NCBI GenBank assembly: GCA_964016885.1 | Contig: OZ024743.1 | Span: 18,104,001 to 18,168,000, forward strand | Direction of reading: 5' to 3' | Length of the DNA: 64,000 bases | Source of the DNA: Eledone cirrhosa | Taxonomy: Eukaryota | Shown here: in pieces, positions 39,058-51,627 of the stretch | How positions within the stretch are numbered: position 1 is the first letter of the stretch | Layout of the letters: each line of letters starts with the position of its first letter | The notes under the pieces: model-generated | What the model was told of the DNA's origin: nothing | Database searches by the model: none | Seen by the model: the letters and a program-made list of their open reading frames with translations, nothing else | Program-made: the position numbers and the translations under genes

Positions 39058-39148
<91 letters not shown>
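39012..39148. repeat. (TA)n/(TATG)n microsatellite
   Basis: Seen directly. Confidence 0.95.
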
Positions 39149-39227
39149 TATATTATATTTTGAGAATAAACTCTCAGTCGTTTACAATATTTAAGCTCCA
39201 GGAAAAGGGGCTCTTCCGAGCAGTTAA

Positions 39228-39731
39228 ATACATTAAAATATATGATAAACACGAAATGTGTTTACATTGCAACAGACAAAGTTAGCTATTAATGAAATAA
39301 ACTAATTAAAGTGAATACAATTTGTCTGTCTCGATATAAGTCAATAAAGACAAGCTTATATTGGCAACGGCCATGATTCCTGGACAGATTTAAATTTCAA
39401 AATTCAAACCTGTTCTGTAGACGAATTTGAACCTCGAAACCTAAATAAGTTTCGCAACGGTGGTATGTGAATTGAAAAATAAAGAGAATCGAAATGGAAT
39501 AGAAATAAAAAAGTGAAATATCCAAACCTTCTGTGCTTATCAACAGGAATCCAGTAAAATTAGTACATCTCACATCAACAATTTTGCAGGTCTGACTATA
39601 TAAGCTTGTCTTTATTGACTTATATCGAGACAGACAAATTGTATTCACTTTAATTAGTTTATTTCATTAATAGCTAACTTTGTCTGTTGCAATGTAAACA
39701 CATTTCGTGTTTATCATATATTTTAATGTAT
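39228..39731. repeat. Perfect 134-bp inverted repeat (39228-39361 and 39598-39731) with a 236-bp spacer; possible MITE or foldback
   Basis: The arms are exact reverse complements by manual comparison. Confidence 0.92.
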
Positions 39732-39735
39732 ATAT

Positions 39736-39767
<32 letters not shown>

Positions 39768-40354
39768 CATCTATAAAAGGCAGATTTTTTGTGTCTGTAT
39801 GTATGTTTCAATTTTGTACATTTACACAATTCCAACAATATTGAATGAGTAATTAAGCAGAATGTTTACAAATATTCTAACTTGGGTCATGGGCGAACTT
39901 ATTCGTTAAAAATGCCCCAATTACGGAAAAATCGATTTATTTCAACAATCGATGATTTCTCCTCTCATATGATATACGTTTCCTATATCTACTCCCTTCA
40001 TCACCTCCCCTTAAAATTGCTACCTTCTCTTATAAGTGTTTGTGAAAAAGAGAAACATTGAAAAAGAACATATACACACATATATGTGGGTGCATACACA
40101 CACATATATGTTGGTATGGTTTCGATTGACGTCATAGAAACAGGAACGCGGGAATTTCAATCAATCAACGCATACACAGTTTGTTTTAGAAATAACAATA
40201 GCATATTATGATAAAGAGGGATATAATGATAAAGAGAGAGAGAGAGAAACAAACAGACACACTAAAAGACGGATATATGTGTGTGTGTTTGTATTAGCGC
40301 GTTCAAACTCCATTTCGAAGCTGACTTTCATTTACTAAACTGAAAGTTTTTCAA

Positions 40355-41055
40355 TCGGCCTTACACTTTCAAACTATATTTTTCTGTATAAGTAACTTTA
40401 ACCCTGTATTTTCGACATAAAAATACACACATACATACAAAGACCTGTAAAGTTTTTTGGGGGGCCTTTCTTATCAATCTTTTTACATTCAATTATCAGC
40501 CTTATACTTTCAAAGTCAATTTTTATGTTGAAGTAACTTTTAACCTTTAATACATACATACATACATACATACAAATACACACATACATACATATACACA
40601 CATACATACATATACACACATACATACAAATACCTCTCACTTAATTTAAACACACATCGGCCTTACACTTTCATACACACATACATACATACATATACAC
40701 ACATACATACAAATACCTGTCACTTAATTTACACACACATCGGCCTTACACTTTCAAACTAAATGTTTCTGTAGAAGTAACTTTAACGCTTTCTTTTCGA
40801 CATAAAAATACACACATACAACAAATACCTGTACATTTTTGGGGGGGCCTTTCTTATCAATCTTTTTACATTCAATTATCAGCCTTATACTTTCAAAGTC
40901 AATTTTTATGTTGAAGTAACTTTCACCCTTTATTTTTCGATACCCATTTACTTACTAACATTTGTATCACAATAACAATATTCATAAACAGACAGTAGAC
41001 TTTCAAAGTCAATTTTTCTGTAGAAGTAACTTTCACCCTTTCTTTCGGACATAAA
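40355..41055. repeat. Internal tandem duplications and (CATA)n inside the Helitron 5' region
   Basis: atcggccttacactttca recurs at ~40354, ~40656 and ~40739. The ggggggcctttcttatcaatc...gttgaagtaacttt block recurs at ~40459 and ~40841. Confidence 0.85.
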
Positions 41056-41819
41056 ATGCCACCTAAAAAGAGAAGTCGCCTCAGTCGACATACGGCGTCA
41101 GCAGTGGCGCAAAAGGCTACTATAGCAAACGAGTCCTCTGAGGAAAATGCTTCAAGACTTTCACAGACAGCCTTACGTTCAGCAGAATGTCGAGCCGCTG
41201 AAAGTTTCCAACAGCGCACCGCACGCCTAGCCAAAATGGCTTCACACCAGGCTTCTTCCAGGGCTTCAGAGAGCCGTGAACACAGGTCGAAGCGCCTGGC
41301 TATAAACGATGCGACTAATTCTGCTTCCAGGTCTTAGGAACGTTTAAAACAACGGACGGCTCGCCTTCCTACGAACGCTGCAGCTATGACTACTTCCATG
41401 ACTTCTGAAGATGCAGACGGGCGGTCCATTACCATTGCAAATGTTGCTTCTGCTATTGCTGCCAGACCTTCCCACCAACCACACGACTAATGTTCTACGT
41501 TCAAGCGTAACAGTCGACGGCGAGAAGCTGCACGCGGTGTGACGAGCCCCAACAGCCCTTACTGGCACCTACGGGCTTTCAAGTATGAGTAAAACGTTAA
41601 TTACTCGATGCGCTGTGACATAAATATAGGCGAGATGCGCTTCAATTGCCAATTCTGCAATGCTACAAAGTAGGCTGGGGAGCCACCTGCAATGTGCTGC
41701 TTAAACGGTAAGGTGACCTTGCCTCCTCGTACGGAACCGCCAGAGCCTTTGAAGGAACTACTGACTGGTTATACTTCAAGGTCAAACAAAAAAGAACCTG
41801 ATCCCCCCAATAAAAAACG

Positions 41820-42870
41820 ATCCTCGGGGTACCGGAAATACTTTTGTAACGAACTTGATTCTCGCTAAGATTCGTCAGGAGAAAAAGGTTGCGTTGTCCG
41901 TTGCATCGTCTGGGATCGCTGCTACTTTGCTGCCGGGAGGAAGGACAGCACATTCAACCTTTAAACTCCCTTTGGATTTAGTAAAAACTGAGACACCAAC
42001 ATGCAATATCAGCAAGAGTTCACACAAAGCTCTGGTTCTCAAAAGATGTTGCCTCATTGTTTGGGATGAGTGCGCAATGGCACACAAGGGTGCCGTTGAG
42101 GCATTGAACAGGGTCCGGAAAGACATTAGTGATTCTACGGCTCCTATGAGTGGCGTAGCCCTTCTGCTATCAGGGGATTTTCGGAAAACGCTGCCTCTCA
42201 TCCCCAAATGGACAAGAGCTGATGAAGTGCGTGCCTGTCTTAAGTCGTCCATGTTGTGGCTCCAGGTGAATAGTTTGTACCTGAGCACAAATATGCGTGC
42301 TCATTTGCATGGTGACAACATGTCTGCAGCACAGAACATTTTAGCACTTGGTGAGGGCAAGATCCTTGCGGATGACAAGGGCGGCATATCAATCGACACC
42401 CTGTGCAACATCGTGAGCAGCCCTTCTGACCTTTGGGAAGCAGTTTTTCCTAATGTCTAATCTAACTTTAAAAACCTCGATTGGCTCAGCGAAAGAGCCA
42501 TCCTTGCTCCGAAAAAATACCATGGTTAATTTTATTAACGAGCAGCTGATTGAGAAGATTCCCGGTAAAGAGCACATCTTCGAATCAGACCCCGATGATA
42601 TCGTTAATTATCCGGTTGAGTTATTAAATCTCCTTGAGCCCCCAGGGCTCCCACCTCACATTATTAAGCTTAGGGTTGGCTGTCCCATTATGCTAATAAG
42701 GAACTTGCGTCCACCAAAGCAGTGCAACGGTACTCGCATGGTCGTCAAGTCACTGACACCCACTTGATTGAGACCACCATTGTAACGGGGTGCGGAAGAG
42801 GGGAGAATGTTTTCATTCCAAGGATGAACCTTTTCCCCTTGGCGTCAGATATCCCGTTCGATTTCCGGCG
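41820..42870 (+). pseudogene. PIF1-family helicase fragment of the Helitron
   Basis: Degenerate Walker A (GTGNT), ASSGIAATLLPGGRTAHSTFKLP, IVWDECAM, LSGDFR, NMR, GLPPH.IKLRVGCPIMLIRNL...CNGTR. Confidence 0.9.
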
Positions 42871-43475
42871 ATCAGAATTCACGGTCTACTAAATTCGCTA
42901 TTGGAAGTTTATTAACCCATCATTGATTGACCAAAATGCTAATTGGTTCGTAACTTTTAATAACTGGTTCAACTGCTTTATGCACTTAATTGATAAGCTT
43001 ATTCGCATTCAAACCACGTTTACCTGTATGTAACTTTTCATAGCAAATGAACAAACCCGAGCAACGCCGGGCTAAACTGCTAGTATATATATATAAGAGA
43101 GTATTGAAGTTTGCTTGAAGCATTGTGGAATAATAAGGTAAATTTCTTTAAGTCGTTTGGAAGCCTCGACAATGCAGATGGGTAAATCTCCGGGTAACAA
43201 GATCCGCTGGTGGAGAGAGAGATGTAAGTGGGTGTACGCTGAGATGCGTGGCGTGTATAAGACTGTAACGTGTAGAGGAATGAAAGAATGAGCGTAAAGG
43301 ATAAAAAATAAAAATAACAACACGACAAAGAGTTACCTAGGGAGAGATTTAATTGTCCCTATATATTTCGTATTCACATCCATCAACTGGGTTTTTTTTT
43401 CAGGGGGAAAGGTTGTCTGTCGGAAAGGTGCGAAACGTGTCCTCCGCTGTTCGTTGTTTTGAAAATATATATATA

Positions 43476-46330
43476 AGTCCGCCTTAGCCGGTCCTAAGCC
43501 CGGTTGAGAAATGAAGAGGGTTGGGCGTGGGGTAGCAGGCCTACCACCGTAAACATCTTTCACCGCTACAAACTCCGCATTAGCCGCTCCCAAGCCCCGT
43601 TGAGAAAGGAGGAGTGTTGGGGCGTGGGGTTAGCAGCCCTCCCACCGTAAAAACTTTTCACCGCTACAGAAACGAGGAGAAAAAATTATTTTGATACCGA
43701 GCGCGGAAAAGATAAGACACGTCATCCCTGGATGCACCTATGACGGGGCCGGATCAAAACCGAAAGGAGGCCCGACCGCGGATAATTCCTATCTTCAACG
43801 CCAAATCAAACACAAGAGTAGGCACCTGGAATGTCCGCACGCTCTTCGGGACGGGCGGATGGAGCAGGTGCTGAATGAGATGAGAAAATATCGCCTTGAC
43901 ATCATGGGCATCAGCGAGACGAGGTATACAGGATGGGGACGACACGACAGCAGAGACATGACCATTCTCTACTCCGGTGATGATGACCACCATGTCCACG
44001 GAGTTGGTGTCATCCTCACCAGAGATGTATCACGGGCTCTTGTGGGATTGAGGCCAGTGAGTGAACGAATTATTACTGCCAGATTGAGCACAAGGTTAGC
44101 CAATGTGACCGTAGTGCAAGTCTACGCCCCGACTGAAGCTTCTCCAGATGAAGATAAAGATACTTTCTTTATCCAACTACAGGATGTCCTAGAGGAAACA
44201 CCCAGGTGAGACATTAGGCTGGTGATTGGAGACTTCAATGCCAAGCTAGATGGAGACAAAAGAGAAATGCATTCAGCCATTGGCTCCCACGGTTCAACTG
44301 ATTCCACCAATAACAACGGGGAACGGTTGCTGTCCCTGAGCAATATCAGCAACCTCTCCATCAGGAATACATTCTTCACCCATAGGCGGATTCACAAGAT
44401 GACATGGACTTCCCCTGATGGCAACACCAGGAATGACATTGGTTATATCTGCATTGGCACGAAGTGGTGTTCCTCTCTCTTGGATGTTCGCGCCTACCGA
44501 GGGGCAGCCGTCGGATTCGACCATCATCTTGTGGTTGGAAAAGTCCGTTTGAGGTTGAAGAAGAACAACGCAAATAAGACCGTGAGACCATATGCTGACG
44601 CAAGCCTGCAAGACCAAGGCACGTCAGAGGGATTCTACCCGGAGATCAGGAATAAGTTGCAAGAACTACAGCACGCACAGAACCGTGAAGACCAGTGGCA
44701 GATGTTTGCTCAGGCGGTCAGGGCGAGTGCTGATGTAGTTATTGGTAGAAGAAGGGGGACCAACCGGGAACAGTGGATCAGCAGTACTTCATGGAATCTC
44801 ATTGACGAGAGGAAGGATGTTAAGAACAAAACAGATCGAAACCAAAACTCGACAGCAATGGCAGGAAGTGGACAAACAGTACAGACGTCTTGACAAGGAA
44901 GTAAAGAAGAGCTGTCGAAAAGACAAGCGCCAGTGGTTAGAAGATCGGGCTGCAGAGGCACAGGTGGCAGAAGATCGAAATGATTCCAAGACGCTGTACC
45001 GGATCTTCAGAGAGCTACCTGGAGGACGAAGTGGAAGCAGTTTGCCAATCATGCGCAAAGATGGTCGGATGCTTGCAGCCAGTGAAGAGCAGACCCAGAG
45101 GTGGAACGAACACTTTCGTGAGGTCATCAATCAGCCATCCCTCAACACAGTACTCGAGCTTGACTGGGAGTAAGCGAGCTACCGGCTGGATGTACGAATA
45201 GTAGACATCACCAGAGCTGAGGTGGCCAACTACATTGACCTCAGGAAAGCCTTCGACAGTGTTCATCGGGAGTCATTTTGGAAGATTGTAAGACTCTACG
45301 GTATCCCATAGAAATATATTAACATCTTCAGGTCGCAGTACCGACATTCCAGGTGCTGAGTTAAGACAAAAGACGAACACACGGAAATGTTTGACATCTT
45401 GACGGGTGTTCGACAAGGCTCCATCCTTTCGCCTTTCCATTTCCACGTTGTCATCGATTTCATCATGAAGAAGACAATGAGTGACCCTCGTTTTGGCATC
45501 AGTTGGGATGGAAGGAGATTAAGCGACCTGGACTTTGCCGATGACATCGCAGTGATAGGCCATTCCCGAGAAGACCTGCTAGAGATGACAAACGTTCTAA
45601 ATGACAATGCAGAGAAAGTTGGCCTGCGCATCAGTTGTAAAAAAACCAAGACCATGTCGACAGGTGACCCTCCAAATCCTCCCATCATGGTTGGTCAGCG
45701 TAACATTGAATGTGTAAACCACTTCCAATACCCTGGCAGCAACATCTATGACGTTGGGGAAGCTAAGGTGGATGTATGCACAAGGCTGGGAAAAGCAGCG
45801 GCAGTCTTCCAGCGACTCCGTCCGTTATGGTCCAGGTGTTCCATCGGCAACGCCGTCAAATTCCGTGTTTACATATCCATTGTAGTACCAACAGTGATAT
45901 ATGCATGTCAGACATGGAAGAGTACGGAAAGTGTATGTAACAAGCTTGATATATTACATGCACGTTGCATTCGGATCATATTGACAATTTCATTGAGAAA
46001 CCAAGTTGGCAACGAGGAAGTGATGAGGAGGTCAGGATTGGAGAGGTTAAGGGACATTGTCCGGAAAAGGAGAAGGCGGTTCGCGGGCCACATCCTTCGT
46101 TTTCCGGCAGATCGATCTGCTCATATTGCCATGGATTGGGTACCAGAAGGTGGCAGGAGAGAACGGGGAAGACCACGAAAAACATGGCGGAGCACATTCA
46201 GGGAGGACCTGCAGGATATGGGAATTAACTGGAGAGGTGCTAGAAGGGCCGCCAGTGACAGGATGAAGTGGAGGAAGGCCGTCGCCCAATGTTCCACAAG
46301 GGACTGGAGGAACTAAGACTAAGACTAAGA
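43476..46330 (+). mobile_element. RTE-clade LINE, near full length, with an internal RT deletion, inserted in (TA)n
   Basis: APE motifs GTWNVRTL, GISETR, QVYAPT, GDFNA, DH. RT motifs IDLRKAFDSV, GVRQGSILSP, DFADD, and RGRPRKTW. Tail (CTAAGA)3. The sequence jumps from EVA to NYID near 45228, removing early RT motifs. Confidence 0.93.
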
Positions 46331-49300
46331 TATATATACTGTATATGTATTTGACATCCTGGCATACACACACTAATATTGCCATATACATATGAACAGT
46401 TTTAGAAAATCATTAGGGGAAGGAAAATCGACACCAGGTACCATACTATATCATAATCTCTATCTACTCTATACGGATCATACGCCTTAGAAGTACACGA
46501 GATGATGGCCGGCAAACGCATATGTTTAAATTAGGAGCTATGTAACTGTTTTTGCGGTAAGAGACAGGAATTAATATATTTCCTCTTTTATCGAAAGGCC
46601 TAGATTATTTGAAATTTGAAAATTGGGAATCGAATTGAACCACTGCTAAAAATCAAGAATGTTGAACTTGGGGGTGAAATATTGTCAATCCCTATATTAC
46701 CAAATGGTAATGTGCTCGATTGGATTCAGGGAGACATGGACTTCGATCCGTTAGTGGTTGCTGGTCATTTTGTTTCTGTCTCTAATTTACCAAATTCTCT
46801 GAAATAAATATTACTTTTACATAGCGATATCGATATTGGAACTGAAATATTTCAACACATACACACACATCTCTATCTCTCATTCTGTTTCTCTCTTTAT
46901 ATATATAAATATATGTGTGTGTATGTGTGAGTGTGTGTGTGTATCTGTGTATGAAGATTACGTGTATCTTCAAATCATTACAAGTTTGATTTCATCATTT
47001 ATTACGTTTGTAAGGTCTTTTCGTACGGTAAAAATTAAATTTAAATCAACATCCTCTAGCACAATCCCAAACCAGACTATAACGACAACGATAAAGACTG
47101 CGCCAATAACACTTATCTCATAATTATCTACCACATCCTGTCAACACAGCCGACGGTGAAACCCATACCAACATTAACATCAATGGCCTATACAACACTT
47201 ACAAATATAACAATGCCTAGTGAACCATACCAACATTATCACACATAATATAATGTAGAGCCACATTGTTTGAGTATAGCATTTCGAAAATATTTTATGA
47301 ACATTTTGAGTAATATTTCTTTTAGTTATGTTTGTGAACATTTTTAAAGTATTTCTCAATAATATTTTGGAAATTTTGTGAGGAGGGTTTTGGAATATAA
47401 TTTCAAATTATTTAAAAAATATTTCTGAAATAAATTGAGGAAAATCTTTTCAAATCATTGAAGAATATTTTAAAATAACATTTGAAACAATTTGAGAAAA
47501 GGTTTGAAAAGAATTGAGAAAGATGTCATTAAAGCGTTTGAAGAACATTTCTATGAAATATCTTTAAGCATTCAACAAATCTTTGTTGAGATATTTTTAA
47601 ACCATGTTCAGAAAAATTATTGAAAGTGTTTGAAAAGTGCCATATATACTTTGACACGACAGTGATAATTTATATTGTTCAAGGGATTCATTTGTATGTA
47701 TTATTTCCTTTTGTAACTAACCATATGTATGTCTAATGTATTACAAAAGAAAAACAATAAGTCAGTACAAAAGCCTTCCTGTAATAAGATTGTATACTGG
47801 CGTTAATACGATATACTATATAAAACAACAGAAATATCAACATTTAGGATGGTAAATACTCATCCAGTGATAGCGGATTAGCGGAGTAAGTCTTGCGTAT
47901 TTTTAGAGTAGTATTACGAATATTTTAGAGTAGTATTACGAATATAAGGCCTCTGATTTATGAGTTCTCATTTCCATTACAACAATGCAGGGTCGAGAAA
48001 TGATTAACATAACATTTCACGTGATATGACAGAATAGGTAATGCGTTGGCAGTGATGTTTTTTGGTGATACTTTTACAAGGGGCTACGACTGGCATATAG
48101 ATATCACTACCCAACCAGCCTTATATCTCATGGAAGTAATTATATGAAAAGATGTTTCCATGAATATACATACACAGACATTGAAATGTTTGTTAGGATT
48201 CGCAGCCTGGTCTAAGGGGGAAAATGTGATTATCACAAATATGCTGTTGATATGTTTGATGACTAAGCTCTGTGTGTTCTTGGAAAAATCAGCGACATAT
48301 AGTCTGATAGATTTAGCAAATGATGATCAACTCCATCATATATATCGTTCATATTGGTCAAGATGATTCATTCATTTCTTTTATTTCGCGGATATATATA
48401 TATATATATATATATATCAGTTTTATTAATCATTACCGGGGAAATGATATTATATAAGCATGTCTATTTAACAAAATACCAATGGGATGAATGTTTGTGT
48501 ATCTTAATTCATAGTAAACACAAGATAAATCATTTATAATATATACAATTAAATAGTTTATAGAACAGTATGTAATTTCAGCAATCAAGTATATATGGGA
48601 GAACTAACACCAAAGTAAAATAAAACGTTAACAATAAATCGTTTACCAAATTTATATGAGTCTAATATATATTCAGGACTCAGTTTCCTAAATTTAACAG
48701 AAGTTATTTAAGATTATTAAACACAATATTGATTTAAAATTCCAATCTAAATCGGATTACACTCATGATTATGTTTATATACAACATATCAAAATAACAA
48801 CTTCATTGAAGTAATTTCATCATTAAAGAAATTACTTAATAACTGTTCGATTCTACAAATAATACTACTCACATTAACTTATCATTAATACAAATATCAT
48901 TAAGAATAACAACTAAATTAATTTTCATATATTAGAATATCATTAACAAACAAGACCACAATTATTCATACTACTTTATATAGAAAATTATATACATGAC
49001 GTAATAATATATACATGTTTTAGTAGATGATTGAAGTGTAATATATTAAGCATCCGACTAAGTGTACATATGTATGCAAGCAGAAATAACAGAGCAAACG
49101 ACGCACTACAATGAAAACATATATTATTACTTTTACGCTCTATATAGTAGGAAATGAGCCCTAAATCTCCAATTTTTGTCCTTCATCAAAAAATAGAATG
49201 AGAAATTAAAGACTGAAAAAGAAAGGTTGAGCAGACAGACAGGCCGGAAACAGAAAATAACATTTTCAGAGAAAATTAACAGGTTTATTTATGTTGCCAT

Positions 49301-49560
49301 CTCTTGAAAACCCGTTGATGCCGGCATTTTGTGGAAGATATACGTTTTTGAAAAGCTGGAGATCGAGTGCGTCTACCAGAAATAGAAAAAAAGCGTCTTG
49401 TATATAGAGTTGTACGTGTGCCCCTGTGTATAAGTGTGCGTATGTGTGTCCGCTGTGAAGAGCTGTGGAGATAAATATATAGGTCTGTGTGCGTGATTTG
49501 TTTTTCTGTATAAGGTGTAAGAGTGTATGTATCTGATCATTTCACCCCCCCCCCCCCCGC

Positions 49561-49593
<33 letters not shown>

Positions 49594-51627
49594 CGAAGGA
49601 AATGTGGTAAGAAACCAGATGGACCATAACGCACCAAAGTACTCAATACTTAGGGTAGTAGAGTGGGTAATAGGAACGAGTAGGACCCCGAATTCTGGAC
49701 GCATATATATATATATATATATATATAAGCAAGAGGTATTACACCAGGAAAAACAAAACGTCGGAGTGAAGAGATTATGTATTTATTTTCAGTGCCTATT
49801 ATACATTGTCTACATATGCTGACTTCAATATATATTGTTCAATCATATGCAATACTTAATTCTATATTATACTTCATCAGAACATCTATAGTAGTGAAAT
49901 TCAACTATTCACTAAGTGGTAGCAATGTGATTTTTGCTTAAGAAAATGTAAATAATTGAAAAAGTTAAAAATTACGTTTTCCGTAATTGGCTTGAGTAGC
50001 TCAACACGAATTAGTATATCATCCTCAATAATATTAACAACCACAGCGTTTCGAACTCACGACTTAACACGCCCGCCAATATTTAAATATTACTATCACA
50101 CTGCTTTATTATATATTCTTCCATTTATATAAAGGAATAGAGTCGGCTCCATAAACTTATGAACATGTTAAACCTGCCGAGATCGTCTTAGAATGTCTAT
50201 ATTTTAAATGCCGGAAATATATTCTCCCAAGCAAAAATCAATTCGTTCAGAGAACCTTGTTACTGTAATCCAATGCCCCTACGAGCATTCCCATTACGCC
50301 TGCTCATTATCGTTAAAACTAATTATGTTATACAAGATATATTGCTTCCTCCTTATCAATCTCTGTAATATACAGATGTTGCATATCCACCCCACCTTCC
50401 AAATCAATATTACTTTATTATCTTATGCTAATGTAGAGCGTTGCATCTTATCAACAGCTCTTCTGGTTAAATATCTGTTTTTATTTTGATTTTGTTATAT
50501 TATTCTCGTATTTAAAAAAAATATAAATTTCCCTATGAATTTGTTTGTTAGTTAGATGTATCAGGATTTATCATATCTGTTAATAACGAATGCGTCTAAG
50601 AAATCTATAATCATATCTTAAATGTTAATTTATTCCTGAATATAATTCCTGATAATTATGTATCTAAAACGTAAATATAATTGAACGAAATTATCAACAT
50701 TTTCTATAAATTTTGTATTTCCGAAATATTTACTGACGCAGAGTCATTTGTTTACATGGATGTAGAAAAAAACTATCATGTTTATGGGATGGTCAGACAT
50801 CTTCATAATCAGAAATCAACCATTTCATTACAAAAAAGGGTATGCTTCCAAGCTGGTCGAGGTTTCGTTCATTGGCCAGTACGTTGGCGGTTTAGCTCAG
50901 ACCATAGTTTTATATTTAATCTTGAACTTCTAAAACGATGACATATCTATGATAATGTGAATATTTAAAATGGATACCGGAACATGTCATTAGCTGTTTG
51001 CAGTTTCAACAAGAAATGTTAATTGCTCTGTCACATCTCTGTCGTTCGTTCTTCACGTGCATTTCTGAAACTATACTCACCGTCCCACAAATACACGAAC
51101 GTACACGAAAAAAACCCTCATAAAAACCTGCGCAACGCCTGTACCCGCACGCATACGAATGTGTACATCAAATACACATAAAATTATATATAAAAATATA
51201 TATATTAATATAAATATACGTGTGTGTGTGTGGGTGTATACATATAATTATATAAACGTATATAAATAAATAAATAAATACGTATATAACAACCGCACAC
51301 ACATACCTACATGTATATACACATATGTTCGGAGACGTACGTCCACCAATACACGAAGTACACATATACACACACCCTACATACGTACGAACCCCCTTAC
51401 TCATACAGACGCAAAACTCACGTATACACATAGCCAAAAGCATATGTACCAGAATATATAATATATACGCCAAAACACATACAATCAAATATACTTACGA
51501 GGAAGTATACGTACCTTCACAAAACATACAGGTAATATATACTTACCTATACAAATAAGTAATGGTATAAACATATCATATAATTAGCTACCACACCAAG
51601 ACGTAAAATATCCGCGTATAGTTCGTA

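Larger units (their letters stand above)
39767..43083 (+). mobile_element. Non-autonomous Helitron (Rep domain deleted, helicase remnants)
   Basis: 5' A|TC(ATCTATAAAAGG) start. 3' hairpin CCCGAGCAACGCCGGG (43056-43071), then CTAG|T at 43080-43083. N-terminal MPPKKRS..., a CxxC...CC.NGKV.LP motif at ~41640-41760, and PIF1 motifs. Confidence 0.88.

Noticed and set aside
24040-39285. Many short ORFs rich in YI, SL, HT or ER repeats
   Set aside because: They are translations of dinucleotide microsatellites or chance ORFs in AT-rich DNA, with no recognisable domain or exon chain.
49230-49520. Possible host promoter/first exon (CCGGAA and GCCAT motifs, GTAAGA donor-like site)
   Set aside because: The motifs are short and expected by chance, and no downstream coding exon was identified.
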